Assembly: GCA_964016885.1 (NCBI GenBank)
Contig: CAXHJY010000134.1
Coordinates: 31,800-95,799 of the forward strand
From: Eledone cirrhosa
Taxonomy: Eukaryota
Direction of reading: 5' to 3'
Length of the DNA: 64,000 nucleotides
The notes under the pieces are model-generated. The model had not been told where the DNA came from and ran no database searches. It was given only the letters and a program-made list of their open reading frames with translations. Each line of letters opens with the position of its first letter. Positions within the stretch are counted from its first letter, which is position 1. Made by a program: the position numbers and the translations under genes. This document shows, in pieces, positions 22,549 through 39,151 of the stretch.

Positions 22549-24040
22549 GGTCACTTACCTTGATCGTGTGGTGAAGGGACAGTAGAACCGTCCCTTTGGC
22601 TGGTCATGGGTGTTTCCAAGAGGATGTCAGTGTATATCCTCTTGGTAACCGACCCTCTGAAGTCTCCAACTGCGTTGGGGAATTTTTGTTTTAAAGGTTT
22701 GTACTGCTCTATTGAGATTTCAATGATGCTTATGTTTGTCGGGAGAGTTCTTGGTGTTGGTGGGGTGTAGTAGTTTTTTTTCTGTGATGTCTGTGTGCTG
22801 CTTTATATATTGTATGAGTTCTTTTTTTACCATGTTTATGGCTGTGTACTTTTTTGGGGGAGGGGTGATTTTGTTGCTGTTTTCCTCTTGTTGCTGTTTG
22901 GTGTGTGTGTTTTGTTTTGTTTGCATTGTTTGGTGTTTTTGGTGATGCTGGTGGTGGTGTGGTTGTTGTTGGCGGTGGTGCTTGTGGTGGTGATGGTGAT
23001 GGTGGTGGTGTTGCTGCAAGTTTCCTTGCTGCCTTTACCCCTCTTTGTGTGCCTTCGCTTTTGGAGGGTGAATCTAAGGGTTTTTTGTTTTTTGTTTTTT
23101 TGTGGCAGACCGTTTGCCACTTCACTCCCGCCTCAAACTCCATGTCGGATTCCGTGGCGTCTGGGAGGGGTATGTGCTCCACGGCTGTTGGTGGTGGTAG
23201 TAAAGCCCTCTTCGGCAATTTTGTTGCTGTGTAGCTACTACAAATGTAGCTACTGGTGTTGCCGCCACTGATGCTGCTGTTTTAGTTGTCCGTGGCCTTG
23301 GTACGGGTGCCATGGACGTTGCCCTCCTACTCACCGTGGAAGGGGCTTTTGCGTTTGTTGCCTGCCCTGCTCTTGGTAGCAGCGGACCAGGTATTGGAAG
23401 GAGAGGGGCCTTCTTCTTCGCTGCCTTCTGCGGGAAAAAGGCCCTGAGGTGACCCTTCGACCCACAGAGATAACATTTTGGCCGTCTTCCTTCTACGTTT
23501 ATAGGGAGTTGGAGTCCTTTCTCGATGTTTATGATATCGGGGATAGCGTCGATACATTCCTGGTTAGTTTGTATAAGCATTTGCATGCCTATACCTGACC
23601 AGTTCTCTCTCCCTATTTTCTCTACTTGCAGCATGGTCGTCCTGTTCTCGATTCCAGCAAGGACAGACGCGGCCAGCCAAGGTATGGGCACGTCGGGTAG
23701 GACCTGGGTCACTTTGGCCCTCACAATTTTCTGCCCGCAGTAGGAGGGCACCAAGACTATCTCCTCACTCTTTGGGGTTTCCAAAGAGTGAGACTTTGCT
23801 TCCTGGGGGGTGGCGAAAAGTACGTCTACTGTGACGTACTTTCTGCCTCGGGTGATGTGGGTTTTGCGTGCCCAGACGCACCCCAAGGCCTTTTGGATTT
23901 GAGCCTCCGTGGCTCTCTCCACCCGATGTGAGATTTTGCTTACGGTGCGGTAAGTCACCGTCCGTAGCTGCTGGTCCTTGAAAAAATCGGGTGGAGACTC
24001 TATTGGCGCTTCTTGTCACCATGGCCCTTGCGACTGCCAT
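22549..24040 (-). pseudogene. Tx1 #1 ORF1 (gag-like, zinc knuckle), disrupted
   Basis: VEGRRPKCYLCGSKGHLRAF followed by a Pro/Thr/His-rich low-complexity region; homologous to ORF1 of copies #2 and #3. Confidence 0.75.
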
Positions 24041-24589
24041 CTCCTCTTATGTGACTAACACTGTCTCGATATTTCGGGCGACACCTGCAAAAGAAGTGGT
24101 CCCTTTTTCAGCAGTATCACTATTGCTGCCGCTACTGGTCTTACTGGTGGTGTGCCCGACCGACTAAACTCACTCGATATGCAAATTAGGCTGCTCAGCC
24201 GTTAATATGCATAAGGAAAGTATATACTTTCAGACGTTCAACCATCTAGCAGGAAGGTATACGATGCTGACGATAGCTAATAAGATTGAAACTAGTACAT
24301 CGTTCCTGTGTCAGTGCTGAACAAAAAGGTGACGTGGTTGCCTAAACACCGTACGGCGTAATTCGGGCTGTTTGTTTGTTTACAAACAAACCGAGCATTA
24401 TAATAAATGTTCGGTAAACCGATACGTGCATATATATATATATATATATATATATGTGCATGTATGTATATATATACATACTACTGTACGTCTGTATACA
24501 TATATGTATGTACGTATACATACATACTTACATTTAAGTAACTGCCGTACTAAGACTGAGAAATAAAATTTCGTTTCATTCTATTCCAT

Positions 24590-28185
<3,596 letters not shown>

Positions 28186-28249
28186 AGAGCGTGAAATTAA
28201 TAAACATTCGTTGTACTGCCTCTCTGCTTTGTTCCTGTTCAAATTTTCC

Positions 28250-28288
<39 letters not shown>

Positions 28289-28435
28289 TATTTTCCGTTG
28301 TGTTGTAATATAAATATTACACACAGTAGATTGACAGCTCACGTAGAGTTTGCTCGACGGTTCCAGTTGTAGTTCCAAAAGTAATCTGGAGAAAAATAGA
28401 AAGATTTGAATGGATACAGTTTAGTTGAAAGGAAT

Positions 28436-28556
28436 TTATTGACACGTGTTTCTATAACAGTTACATAACCTGAAAACAGCTGCTATCTACAAAGTATTAG
28501 TTATGCAGACATTCAATATTTCAATGTTATTATTTACTGTCATTTCATCAGAATAA
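28436..28556 (-). ncRNA. Mirror copy of the hammerhead-like motif in the left arm
   Basis: Reverse complement of 31072-31192. Confidence 0.65.
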
Positions 28557-29078
28557 TATTACTGAGGACCTGTTTGGTTTTTATAGAGAATATTAGGAGG
28601 GAGGGGTGAAGTTGTTAGAAGAATAGTTGAGGGAGTGGTTTTTTGATAGCAGTGAGAATTTTTGGTGGTAGTGAGTAATTAGATTCGCATCTGTTGTTTT
28701 GACATTTTTATAGAATATATTATTGGTTATTTTTCTAAATCTATAGAAGGATTAGAGATAGTATAGATATGCGTGGTTGGTTTTGTGTTTGCACTTAATT
28801 AACATTCAGACTTAAATTTTTCTTTCAAGTGTACGTATCCTTTCACCCACGCATTCACACACAAACATATTTGCACACCTCTACAAAATACATATACTCA
28901 CATTCACATAGTAACATGTCCATACTTACATACATATACACATGCATACATATATATATACACACATGTATTCATGCACATACATACGCGTTCATGTGTA
29001 TACATTTTTATACTCAACTTATCTTTATATACACACGTATAGACACACACATATATACACACATACTCCAGTCTATGT

Positions 29079-29132
<54 letters not shown>

Positions 29133-29774
29133 ACTTTAATACATGAATGCACTTACATCTAACTATACACATCAAACATATATATATATTTACTTATTTA
29201 TATACATTTTCACATATATATACATACTTATGGTCGCTTTTAGACACATTCATTATCGCATATTTGCACCTATTCTCATCAGCATATCTTTCCATTATTA
29301 GTGTGGTAATTTAAGGTTATTAATATATGTTGAGAAGAGATTGTTTTTATATTTTTCTAACTAGATTGAGGTTTATATAGTTGGGGGGATGTCCCTCTTT
29401 TATGTAATATTCGGCTTGTAGTGAGAAAAAAGGGTTTTAGTTCGGTGACGGCAGAATAATGTTCGTTCAATTCTGTTATTCAGCAGTTTCTTCTTGTGTG
29501 TGATTATGTAATAAATCTCAAGATTACACAATTTGCAGAAATTTTGGCTCCTGGAAAAGCTTTGGGTTTTAGCTACCACTATAAGACTGTCATACTCTAC
29601 AGCGTTAAACCGTGAACAACACATAAAAAAGATCAATACTAGAAGGTTAAACGAAAACACTAAAAACTTAAGTACAAAGAACACAAAAAAAAAACAGTAG
29701 ACAATACACTACAGAACATAAATAAACCACACCTAAGTTCGTCCGCAATACTACTCCAGAGAAAACCCAACGTA

Positions 29775-30182
29775 CACAACTGTAACTGCACCTATCCTGA
29801 CAACTGCCCCCTCGGCAATAACTGCCTGGAAAAAAATATTATTTATAAGTGTACCATTAAATCCGGAGGCAACGAGTGGTATTACGTGGGATCAACGGCA
29901 ACATCGTTTAAATCTCGATTATATAGGCATTCTTACTCAATAAAACACCAGAGCCAAAGAAATGTAACAACTTTAGCAAAAAAAGCTTGGACGCTCAGGG
30001 ATAGCGATCAAAAGTTTACCCTAAAATGGGAGAAATTAGCTAAAACCCAAAGCTTTTCCAGGAGCCAAAATTTCTGCAAATTGTGTAATCTTGAGATTTA
30101 TTACATAATCACACACAAGAAGAAATTGCTGAATAACAGAACTAAAACCCTTTTTTCCCACTACAAGCCGAATATTACATAA
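29775..30182 (+). pseudogene. GIY-YIG endonuclease domain of Penelope-like element
   Basis: CNC..CPLGNNCLEKNIIYKC..YYVGST..FKSRLYRH..TTL..W..CKLCNLE..LLN. Confidence 0.85.
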
Positions 30183-30468
30183 AAGAGGGACATCCCCCCA
30201 ACTATATAAACATCAATCTAGTTAGAAAAATATAAAAACAATCTCTTCTCAACATATATATGTATATTAATAACCTCAAATTACCACACTAATAATGGAA
30301 AGATATGCTGATGAGAATAGGTACAAAAATACGATAATGAATGTGTCTAAAAGCGACCATAAGTATGTATATATATGTGAAAATGTATATAAATAAGTAA
30401 ATATATATATATGTTTGATGTTTATAGTTAGATGTAAGTGTATTCATGTATTAAAGTGCTTATATATC

Positions 30469-30528
<60 letters not shown>

Positions 30529-31071
30529 TATGTATATGTATATATATACACATAGACTACAGTATGTATGTATATATGTGTGTGTCTATACGTGTGTATA
30601 TAAAGATAAGTTGAGTATAAAAATGTATACACATGAACGCGTATGTATGTACATGAATACATGTGTGTATATATATATGTATGCATGTGTATATGTATGT
30701 AAGTATGAACATGTTACTATGTGAATGTGAGTATATGTATTTTGTAGAGGTGTGCAAATATGTTTGTGTGTGAATGCGTGGGTGAAAGGATACGTACACT
30801 TGAAAGAAAAATTTAAGTCTGAATGTTAATTAAGTGCAAACACAAAACCAACCACGCATATCTATACTATCTCTAATCCTTCTATAGATTTAGAAAAATA
30901 ACCAATAATATATTCTATAAAAATGTCAAAACAACAGATGCGAATCTAATTACTCACTACCACCAAAAATTCTCACTGCTATCAAAAAACCACTCCCTCA
31001 ACTATTCTTCTAACAACTTCACCCCTCCCTCCTAATATTCTCTATAAAAACCAAACAGGTCCTCAGTAATA

Positions 31072-31192
31072 TTATTCTGATGAAATGACAGTAAATAATA
31101 ACATTGAAATATTGAATGTCTGCATAACTAATACTTTGTAGATAGCAGCTGTTTTCAGGTTATGTAACTGTTATAGAAACACGTGTCAATAA
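31072..31192 (+). ncRNA. Type I hammerhead-ribozyme-like motif with extended stem II
   Basis: Stem I TTATT/AATAA, core CTGATGA (31077-31083), stem II ATGACAGT/ACTGTTAT, GAAAC (31176), palindromic stem III ACACGTGT and a GTC cleavage triplet. Confidence 0.65.
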
Positions 31193-31223
31193 ATTCCTTT
31201 CAACTAAACTGTATCCATTCAAA

Positions 31224-31341
<118 letters not shown>

Positions 31342-32024
31342 CAAAAGGGATATTCAATTTGTTGGTAATTCAACAAATATATAAATGTTTATCAATAATT
31401 TATGCAAACTATAAATTTATCAAAACGCAAATTTCCCAGTTTGTTTATATCCCAAGAAGACAATCTTCACGTGATTTTATTGAATTTATCACTAAATTCC
31501 CAGTATTTTTACGAAAATCCAGAGGCTATATACTGGTGCACACAAACAAGAAGCTCGAATTATAATAATTTGTTTGTACACTGGAAATATCTACGCTGCT
31601 AAGAAACAGTTAGATTTAAAAGGAAATTAGTTAATATAGGGCTAGAATTTGATTAGGGTTAGGGTTAGGTAGAACTGCCTTCTTAACAAAAAAAAACCGA
31701 CAATAAAAACAAACAAACGAAAAGCAAACACACGCAAACACACACACACACACACAGAAACACACACACATGCACACAGAAACACGCGCGCACACACAGA
31801 CAAACACACGCGCACGCGTGCACACTGTTCTACACAATTAATGCTACAAATACCCAGTCATTAACAAAAATATATTATACAAAAGGGTCGTGAACAAAAA
31901 TAGACTAACTAAAGACTTTTAAAAAATTAACTTTTGGAGTTTTGATCCATAATGTATTTGTAGATATGTTTCTAAAGTTTGAGATATTTGACTGGGTACT
32001 GAGGGTATCCGTTTCATTAATATA

Positions 32025-32354
32025 CTCTCAGGTCTCGAATCGAATAATGCCCCGCACCCAATTTTTCAGACTTCCCTGCCCTTTTTAAATTTTGCTAATC
32101 TATTTTATTTTAAGTGGTAGCATTTCTGCGGTAATTAATTTTCTTTGTTTACATTAAAAACATTATACATGACAAAAAAAAAAAAAAGGGAACATTACAA
32201 AACATCTCATACGTTATAAAATAAATAGGATGAATTGGGGTTCCGATATGTAAATTAAACGACTAATTCAGGTTTAAATGAAACAATATAGAAAACTTAC
32301 CGATTGCACCCGCCCCCCCCCCCCTCCCACGTTCTGTTATTTGGGACTCGTGAG
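32025..32354. mobile_element. Possible TA-flanked MITE
   Basis: Degenerate TIRs (CTCTCAGGTCTCGAAT versus ATTTGGGACTCGTGAG), each bounded by TA. Confidence 0.3.
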
Positions 32355-33156
32355 TAAACTATAGACATTTGTCAGCTTATAACATTAACAGGAAGCTTTC
32401 TCTGAAATAGTGATATCGACAGCTCTATCTGAGAAGAGGTCAGCTATCGGCTTAAGATTAAAAAAAATATATATATATATAACCTCTGATTTTTACTATC
32501 TGCTAAACAACATCAAAAACAAATACATCAACCGCGTGCTCAGTAGTAAAGAGAACAACATATTACGCAAGAGCGAACCATTCTAGAAGCATAAAAGCCC
32601 TAAAAATGTTCAATGTTGGAAATTTATCACATGAAACATCTCGAAAAGAAACAGTCTATGTACTAACGAACGGTTATGATTAAATGTTTACCGAAAACTT
32701 GATAATAATGTCAATAATGACAGGAAGTGCAGCAACCATGGGACTCAACACCACCGTTTCACCACTTAATATTTCATATGCAAGATTAATACAGTTTAAA
32801 CACAAGAGACAGTAAAACTGCGACTGAAAGTCTCAATTATGTCACGTATCTGTGGAAGACAAACAATCAGTAACATCGCTCAAAGCTGTTATTTCCCTAC
32901 GCAGCACGGTTGTGTTGTTAAAACATGACATAATGCTATCTGTAGAAAGAACTACTCTGGGACATAGTTAGAAAAACGTCTTTGAGTATATTCATACTTT
33001 CTGGAATAATGGTGGAATATGCCCATCAAAACTTCCATCAAATACAAACAGGACCTGATATAGTTGTTCGAAAGAGAAAATGAAACTTTGTACTGTTGTG
33101 TTAGTAGGCTGTACAGCAAATGCGAACATTTCATTCAAAATTAGTGATAAAGAAAC

Positions 33157-33537
33157 TGTAGTGACCTACATTCCGCGGGCTCACATACATTCTCTGTGCG
33201 TGATTTGGCTCAGCTCAGCCAATCAACGCCAGTAGAAGAGGATGTATCCCTACGCGTCCTGAGGGAGAAATTCCCGCGAAGATTTGAAGAATCTTCCTCT
33301 CGCACCAGGAACTTCGAACCAGCAACATGTGACGGTGAGATTTTGCACCTTAGCCTGCCGGCTTTCCGGCGCAATGGCACATCCCCTTTTGTAACCTCAT
33401 TTTATGTGTAACTTCAACCATACAAGTTAACCAACATTATTTGTGCTACAACAAAATAAACATACATTTCATCTCTAATTTCTGCTGTTGACATCATTAT
33501 TGTGTTACTCGTGTCTCAATAACATTTATACACTACG
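33157..33537 (+). mobile_element. Putative solo LTR
   Basis: TGTAGTG...CACTAC(G) inverted termini and internal AATAAA at ~33455. No TSD. Confidence 0.45.
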
Positions 33538-34065
33538 CTGCTAAAAAACCATTTATAGACAACTAATTGGAAATATATAGCCTCTCTATTCAAACTTACA
33601 TTTGTACTCTTAATCATTGGTACACTTCGTTATCTTTTTCATGGACAGATTCTATGTCACCCATGCACGAAACTGACTTCTACAAACACCGAGTCATTGA
33701 TGTAAACATATCAATGAAGTGAACAAATATAGAATAACCGAAGAGTTTACTCATGGCTTTAAAAAAATGACAGTCAGAGCTTATTAAAACGAGACGATAA
33801 TACACAATGCCCGGAAACAAATTCAGCAGAGACAGAGAAGCTTTCAAAGTGAATGTGTTTTTTTCTTTTTTGTTTGGAAAGTAATTGTACACCTATTATG
33901 TAGGAATATATATGTTAGCCAAATTCTAACCTCGTATCAAGTGCTACCAATATTTGGCGATGCATAACTGTTCAAGAAGAAATCCGTACTATTGAATATT
34001 TAAAATCCTAATATCAGCTGGAAGTTCCCACGGAATGAATGATATTGATAGAGAGTATATTAGAA

Positions 34066-37000
34066 GAAAATGCCGTTTCCGCTTGGTAGAGGGCTGTGAG
34101 CGCTTGAAGGTACTCGAGGTGCCAGGCACCCATTTTCGGTCTTCGCTTGACCCAGGACTGCAGCTCTGTTAATGAGACGAATTGTGGAAGAGCTTGTCTC
34201 ACAAACGACACCCACACCGGTTCGCCGGTCAGGAATACCTGGAGATGGCGTAGCCTCAGCGCCTGTTTGCGCATCATCAGCCACGGTATGCCCAGCCCTC
34301 CGTTAGAAGGGTGTTGACAGCAGATGGATCTCCCCACCAATGGAACCTGTTTCTTCCAGAGGAAATTGAAGAGTAGGCGTTCCATTTTGGTGAGGTATTC
34401 GCGGGTATAAGGCACGACTATCAAGCGGTAGTAGATGACCTCCGCTCGACCTTTCAAGGAGAGTTTGCACTCACCCCACTTCTGGGTGAGTGCAAACAAC
34501 ATCGCCGTGACCTCGTTCCAGTTCTTGTCCACCTGGAGGTCTGGACCAAACCAGACTCCGAGCAATTTCACCGGTCCTTCCGTCCAGCGTCCAACGACAC
34601 TGTCGGAAGACATGGGTTTGCCTTTCCATGTGCCGAGTTGCAAACCAACAGACTTGTTTGGGTTTAATCTTGCTCCTGTCAATGTTTCGTATTCCTGTAA
34701 TAGGTTGCTGATTACCCCGATTTCCGAGGTTTTCGACACCATTACGGTTATGTCGTCGGCATAGGTCGACGCTGTTTTTGGCAGTCCTGGTTCGATCGGG
34801 ATGCCCTGCAACAGCTCCAACTTCCGCAGTAATGGCTCGAGAGTCAGTACATACAGAATGGAGGAGGGGGCATCCCTGACGGATTGAACGCATGATTTGG
34901 AATGGCTCCGATAAGTAGCCATTCACCTTGACTGCCGAGAAGATGCTGGTGTGCATGGCAGCGATCCAGCCTCTGAAGACGGGACCGAAGCCGGCCACCT
35001 TGAGAACCGCTTCCAAGTATTGATGGTCGACCCTATCAAATGCCTTAGCTGATCTAAATTGATCAGAGCCCCACCGAAGCCAGGTTTACACCCTACACTC
35101 TCTATGATGTGTGAGGTGGAGGTTGTCGTGTATGGACCTGGTCGGGATTGCACACGTTTGCGCTTCCCCTACCAGGTTCTCGACGACAAGCGCCAGCCTC
35201 GCTGCTAACACCTTGGCCAAAATATTTAATTCTGTGTCGAGCAGAGTTATGGGCCTGAATTGCTTATCTCATCCCCCTTGTTCTCATCTTTCCTGATCAG
35301 CGTTACTACGCCTCTGCCTACAGAACTGGGAATCCTCCCGTTCTGCTGCCAGTTGCAGTAGACCATTTCGAGGACGCCAGAGAACAAGTCTGGCATGCCT
35401 ATGTAAAACTCATAGGGTAGACCATCTGCCATTCCTAAGTGCCTCTTCTACTTTAGCTACCAGTTCCTTTTCGGTTTTGTTTTTTTTCTAAAGCTACTTC
35501 CTTGATAAATGCTATCTATTCTATTCTAATTGCTCTCTTGAGAGAGCTCCACCACCTGTTGTTGACGATCGCCCCCGTGCTAATCCGTTTACTGTAGGCC
35601 TTACGCACCGGAAGCGACATGTTTAGCTTCCAGTATCTGGGTCCCTGTCTATGTGTTCTATCAAGGTTGACTACGCAGGTGACTAATTTGTGGTCTGAAT
35701 AGGCAACCATGTGCATTTGTGGTCAGCTTAATGTTTTCTTATCATTCTGTCTAATTAAAAATCTATCTAAATACGACCTAGAAGACTCAGTGCGGTTGCT
35801 CCACGTCCACAGGTCCACAGTGGTAAACTTGGGAAGTCTAGTCGATATCTATCAGCCAGCTGGAATTGGCTGATGAGATTTTTGAGGCTATTACACCCGC
35901 CTCTATTATCACAAGCTCCTACATAGTCCCAACGTGCATCTAAGATGCCATTCCAGTCCCCCGCTAACACTAAGGAGCGAGACGTTCCCAGGAATGGCTC
36001 CAGACTCTTGAAGAACTCTGGTCGCGATGTCCCAGTCGGGGCATATACGGCCACCAGTCTGAAAGCTCCATTCACGTCCAGGACCACCAAGCTGCCCTCC
36101 TGGTCCAAGTGAATCGTCTGTGCTTTGAGATCCAATTTTTTTCGAAACAGAACAGCAACTCCCTCTCCACCTCCTGGCTGATAGAGAGATGCGTAGATCT
36201 CAAAGTCATCGAACATGGGCGTTAGCTGCTGCTTGTCGTGAATCCTGGACTCGGTGATGGCTATCACATCTATACAATGTGACTTGAGATCATTTAAAAG
36301 CTGGCTCTGTTTCCAGGGCATGCCCAGGCCACGTACATTCAAACATCCAACTTATATAGTCGCCATGTTGGTGAAGAAGAGTTAGGGAGAGAAAAGGCAG
36401 GAACACTTACCTTTTCGTTTCCTGGAAGTCGGGTTGTTCGATCTCGATGTCCAGATTGGGGGTGTTTGGGGAGGGAGGGAATCCTTTTAGCAGGACACGG
36501 TTAAGGGTATTTTGGCAAGGGGGACCCACATCATGTGGGAAGGTCCCTTTCAATGTTTCATGATCAGTTTGAGGTTTGGGGGTGGGTTGTTGGTGGGGAA
36601 GGTTTTCCCTTCCGTTTGGATAGTAGGGCCCTTTCGGACAGTTTCTACTAGTTCTTTGTTTGTTGTTTTTAGGTATGTGTAATGTGTTTTGATTTTTTAT
36701 GTGTACTGTTTCTGTTTGTAGTTTTCTTTTTCTGGTTGGGGTTTGTGATTGTAGTGGTGTGGGTGTTTGTTTTGTTGGTGAAGCGTTTGGTTGTGTTGGT
36801 GGTGATTGTGTTGTTGGTATGTTTGTCGTTTGTGGCGGTGTGTTTATGGTGGGGTTGGGTGTGTGCGTGTTTTTTTGTCTCTTTTTTTTGGAGATGCAGA
36901 GGTTCCCGTGTCTGAGATTTCTGAATCAGGGGTAGATTGGAGGGGTATGTTGTGTGGTGGAGTGTTTGTGCAGGTGTTTGTGGAAGTATTTGACAGGGAG

Positions 37001-38300
37001 GGAGGAGGCAATGGAGGGTTTTTCAGTGGGATTTTGTGTGTGTGGTTGTCTCTGCTCTGTGGTGGTGTGGGAGTGGATGCTGCAGGTTTCTGCGTTGTGT
37101 TTGGTTTGGGGTGTTGATGTTGGAGTTTTGGTGTTGGTAATAACACCTTGTTTGTCCTCGGTTTGTTTGAGAGAGGGCAAAAGGCCTTTAAGTGTGTGGT
37201 TTTCCCACACTTATGGCACTGAGGTCTTTTCCCTTCTACTAAAATGGAGATGACATCTTCCTCAAGGACGATCCTGTCCGGGATTTTCTCAACTCTCTCT
37301 GGCCTCATTTGTACCAGAACCTCGATGCAGGTTCCAAACCAGTTATTCCGGTCTGTCCTGTCTACAGATAGGAGGGTGTCCTCATCCTTCTTCAGGATGC
37401 AGCGTAGGATCCACCATATGTTGACCTCTGCTGGGATCCTGGTTATTTTTATTTTGTAGATCTTCTTCCCATGTATGTGAGGAAGATGTGTTGATCCGTT
37501 TTTATTGGGTGAACTGAGTATTTTTGAGCCAGAGTTTCGCTCTTAAAGAGCACTGACACACTTCCATACTGTTTAGCTCTTTGGCGGTATGCCACGTCTG
37601 CCTTGATATCTTTTAGTGCAGCTTCGATAGTGCTTGTTGGGTGCGTTATGGGTTTTTTGGTAATGATGTCAACTGTTCTGTAGATCAGTTTCTTTTTCTG
37701 TATCATCTCTCTTACTTGTGGGTGTATGTGTGGGGTGTCTCCCTCAAACGTCACATAGTTGGAAGCTGCTTCCAAATATTGGGACTCTTGGGAAATGTCC
37801 ATGGGGTAATATTTAAAATCCTGTTGCTTAGCAACGGTTGCTGCAAATGAAATTTTGTTATTGTTGTTGTTGGTGGTGATGATGGTCTCATTCGTTGTGT
37901 TGCCGCTGATTCCTTTTGTTGTGTTGTTGTTCTCATTTATTGTGTTGTTGTTGTTGTGGCGGTGTTAGTATTTGCTACACATTCTTCACTCTGTGTGTGG
38001 ATACATGTGACGTTTGTGACGTCAGGCGTGTTCCTGAAGCTGGTTCCTCTTCTAAATGTTGAAGCGATAATGTTGGCATTCCTTTGTCCATGTCTGCTAC
38101 TACCTGCTGGTCAAGTAAGCATGGCTTTCCTTTCCCATCTTCTTGTATTGACAAAGAAGGAGATGCCTTTGCTTCGGCCATTTTTTTAAATTGAAGTGTT
38201 TTTTCAAAAATCTTTTTCGAAAATATGTTGGATGTTTTTGCCCTGAGGGGCACGATATTTTGGGAGACTGACCAGATCAAAATTTGACCTGTCAGTCCCT
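34066..38300 (-). mobile_element. Tx1/L1-clade LINE #2, decayed and lacking its 3' end
   Basis: ORF1 pieces (MAEA start, VEGKRPQCHKCGKTTHLKAFCP) and ORF2 pieces (NVRGLG, VYAPT, GDWN, SDHK, YADD) collinear with #1 and #3. Confidence 0.85.
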
Positions 38301-38930
38301 GTACAAATTGGTATAAAAATAAAAGTTCACAATGACGAATTTCTAAAGAAATTTAAATAAAACTTACCGAGCAAGTTTAACACGTGTCCATCCCAGATAG
38401 ATAGAAATATCTGGATGTAATAATATACAGTAACTGGGATGTATATAAAGTCACATGGGATATGTTTATGTACAATAAACATTTCATATGCCTTTACATC
38501 CCTACTATAAACCAAGCTATGTTAGTGCTGCTGTTAATTAATCCTACTCAGTCAAGCTCACATTATATGGACATGAGCATTTCAATCGATCTTTTATTTT
38601 GTATTATATGCAAATGAGCATCACCAGCTGATCTTTCATAAGCATTTAAATGTTTATCTTATTCTTGTCTCAATAGCGAGTGAGTAAATATCATCGATGG
38701 CAGATAAACATCCAGAAACACGTATCTGACACTCTTAACGGCTACTGAGATAATTGTAATCAGAGCTTAAAACATTCATAGCGGGAGTCTTATATGTTTA
38801 TTATACATAAGCACATTGTATATGGCTGCAAATACACCTTTATGATAAACCAGGCTACGTTAGTGCTACTGCTAAATACCCCCTACCAAATTAATTATGT
38901 TAGAAACATGTGCTGTTATTTCTTCAGTAG

Positions 38931-39151
38931 GCAGGGTGGTGGATTGGCAGTATCGGTAGAAGATCGGACTCCTTGTGCATAGATCTGAGTTCTTTATGAT
39001 CTGAGTTCAAATCCCGCCGAGGTTAACTTTGCCTTTCATCCTTACGGAGTCGATAAAATAAAGTACCAGTTACGCACTGGGGTCGATTTAATCGACTTCC
39101 CCCGCTCACCCACCAAAAAAGATTGCTGGCCTTGTGCCTATATAAAAAACC
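38931..39151 (+). mobile_element. tRNA-derived SINE (long variant) with 16-bp TSD
   Basis: Box A TGGCAGTATCGG and box B GTTCAAATCC. TSD GTTATTTCTTCAGTAG at 38915-38930 and 39152-39167. Confidence 0.9.

Larger units (their letters stand above)
18911..24170 (-). mobile_element. Tx1/L1-clade LINE #1, near full-length, frameshifted, (TTA)n tail
   Basis: ORF1 with zinc knuckle, ORF2 with APE, RT and C-terminal zinc finger, and 3' end CCCTTGTGGCCAATAAAGAAA(TTA)n. The 5' boundary is approximate and may extend to ~24410. Confidence 0.9.

Noticed and set aside
31652-31670. (TTAGGG)~3 telomeric repeat
   Set aside because: Too short to indicate a telomere or fusion site; such tracts are common inside repeats.
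32640-33140. Possible host exon
   Set aside because: Only short open frames on both strands, with no recognisable motif or consistent splice sites.
38931-39020. tRNA gene (box A/box B)
   Set aside because: No cloverleaf; it is the tRNA-derived head of a SINE.
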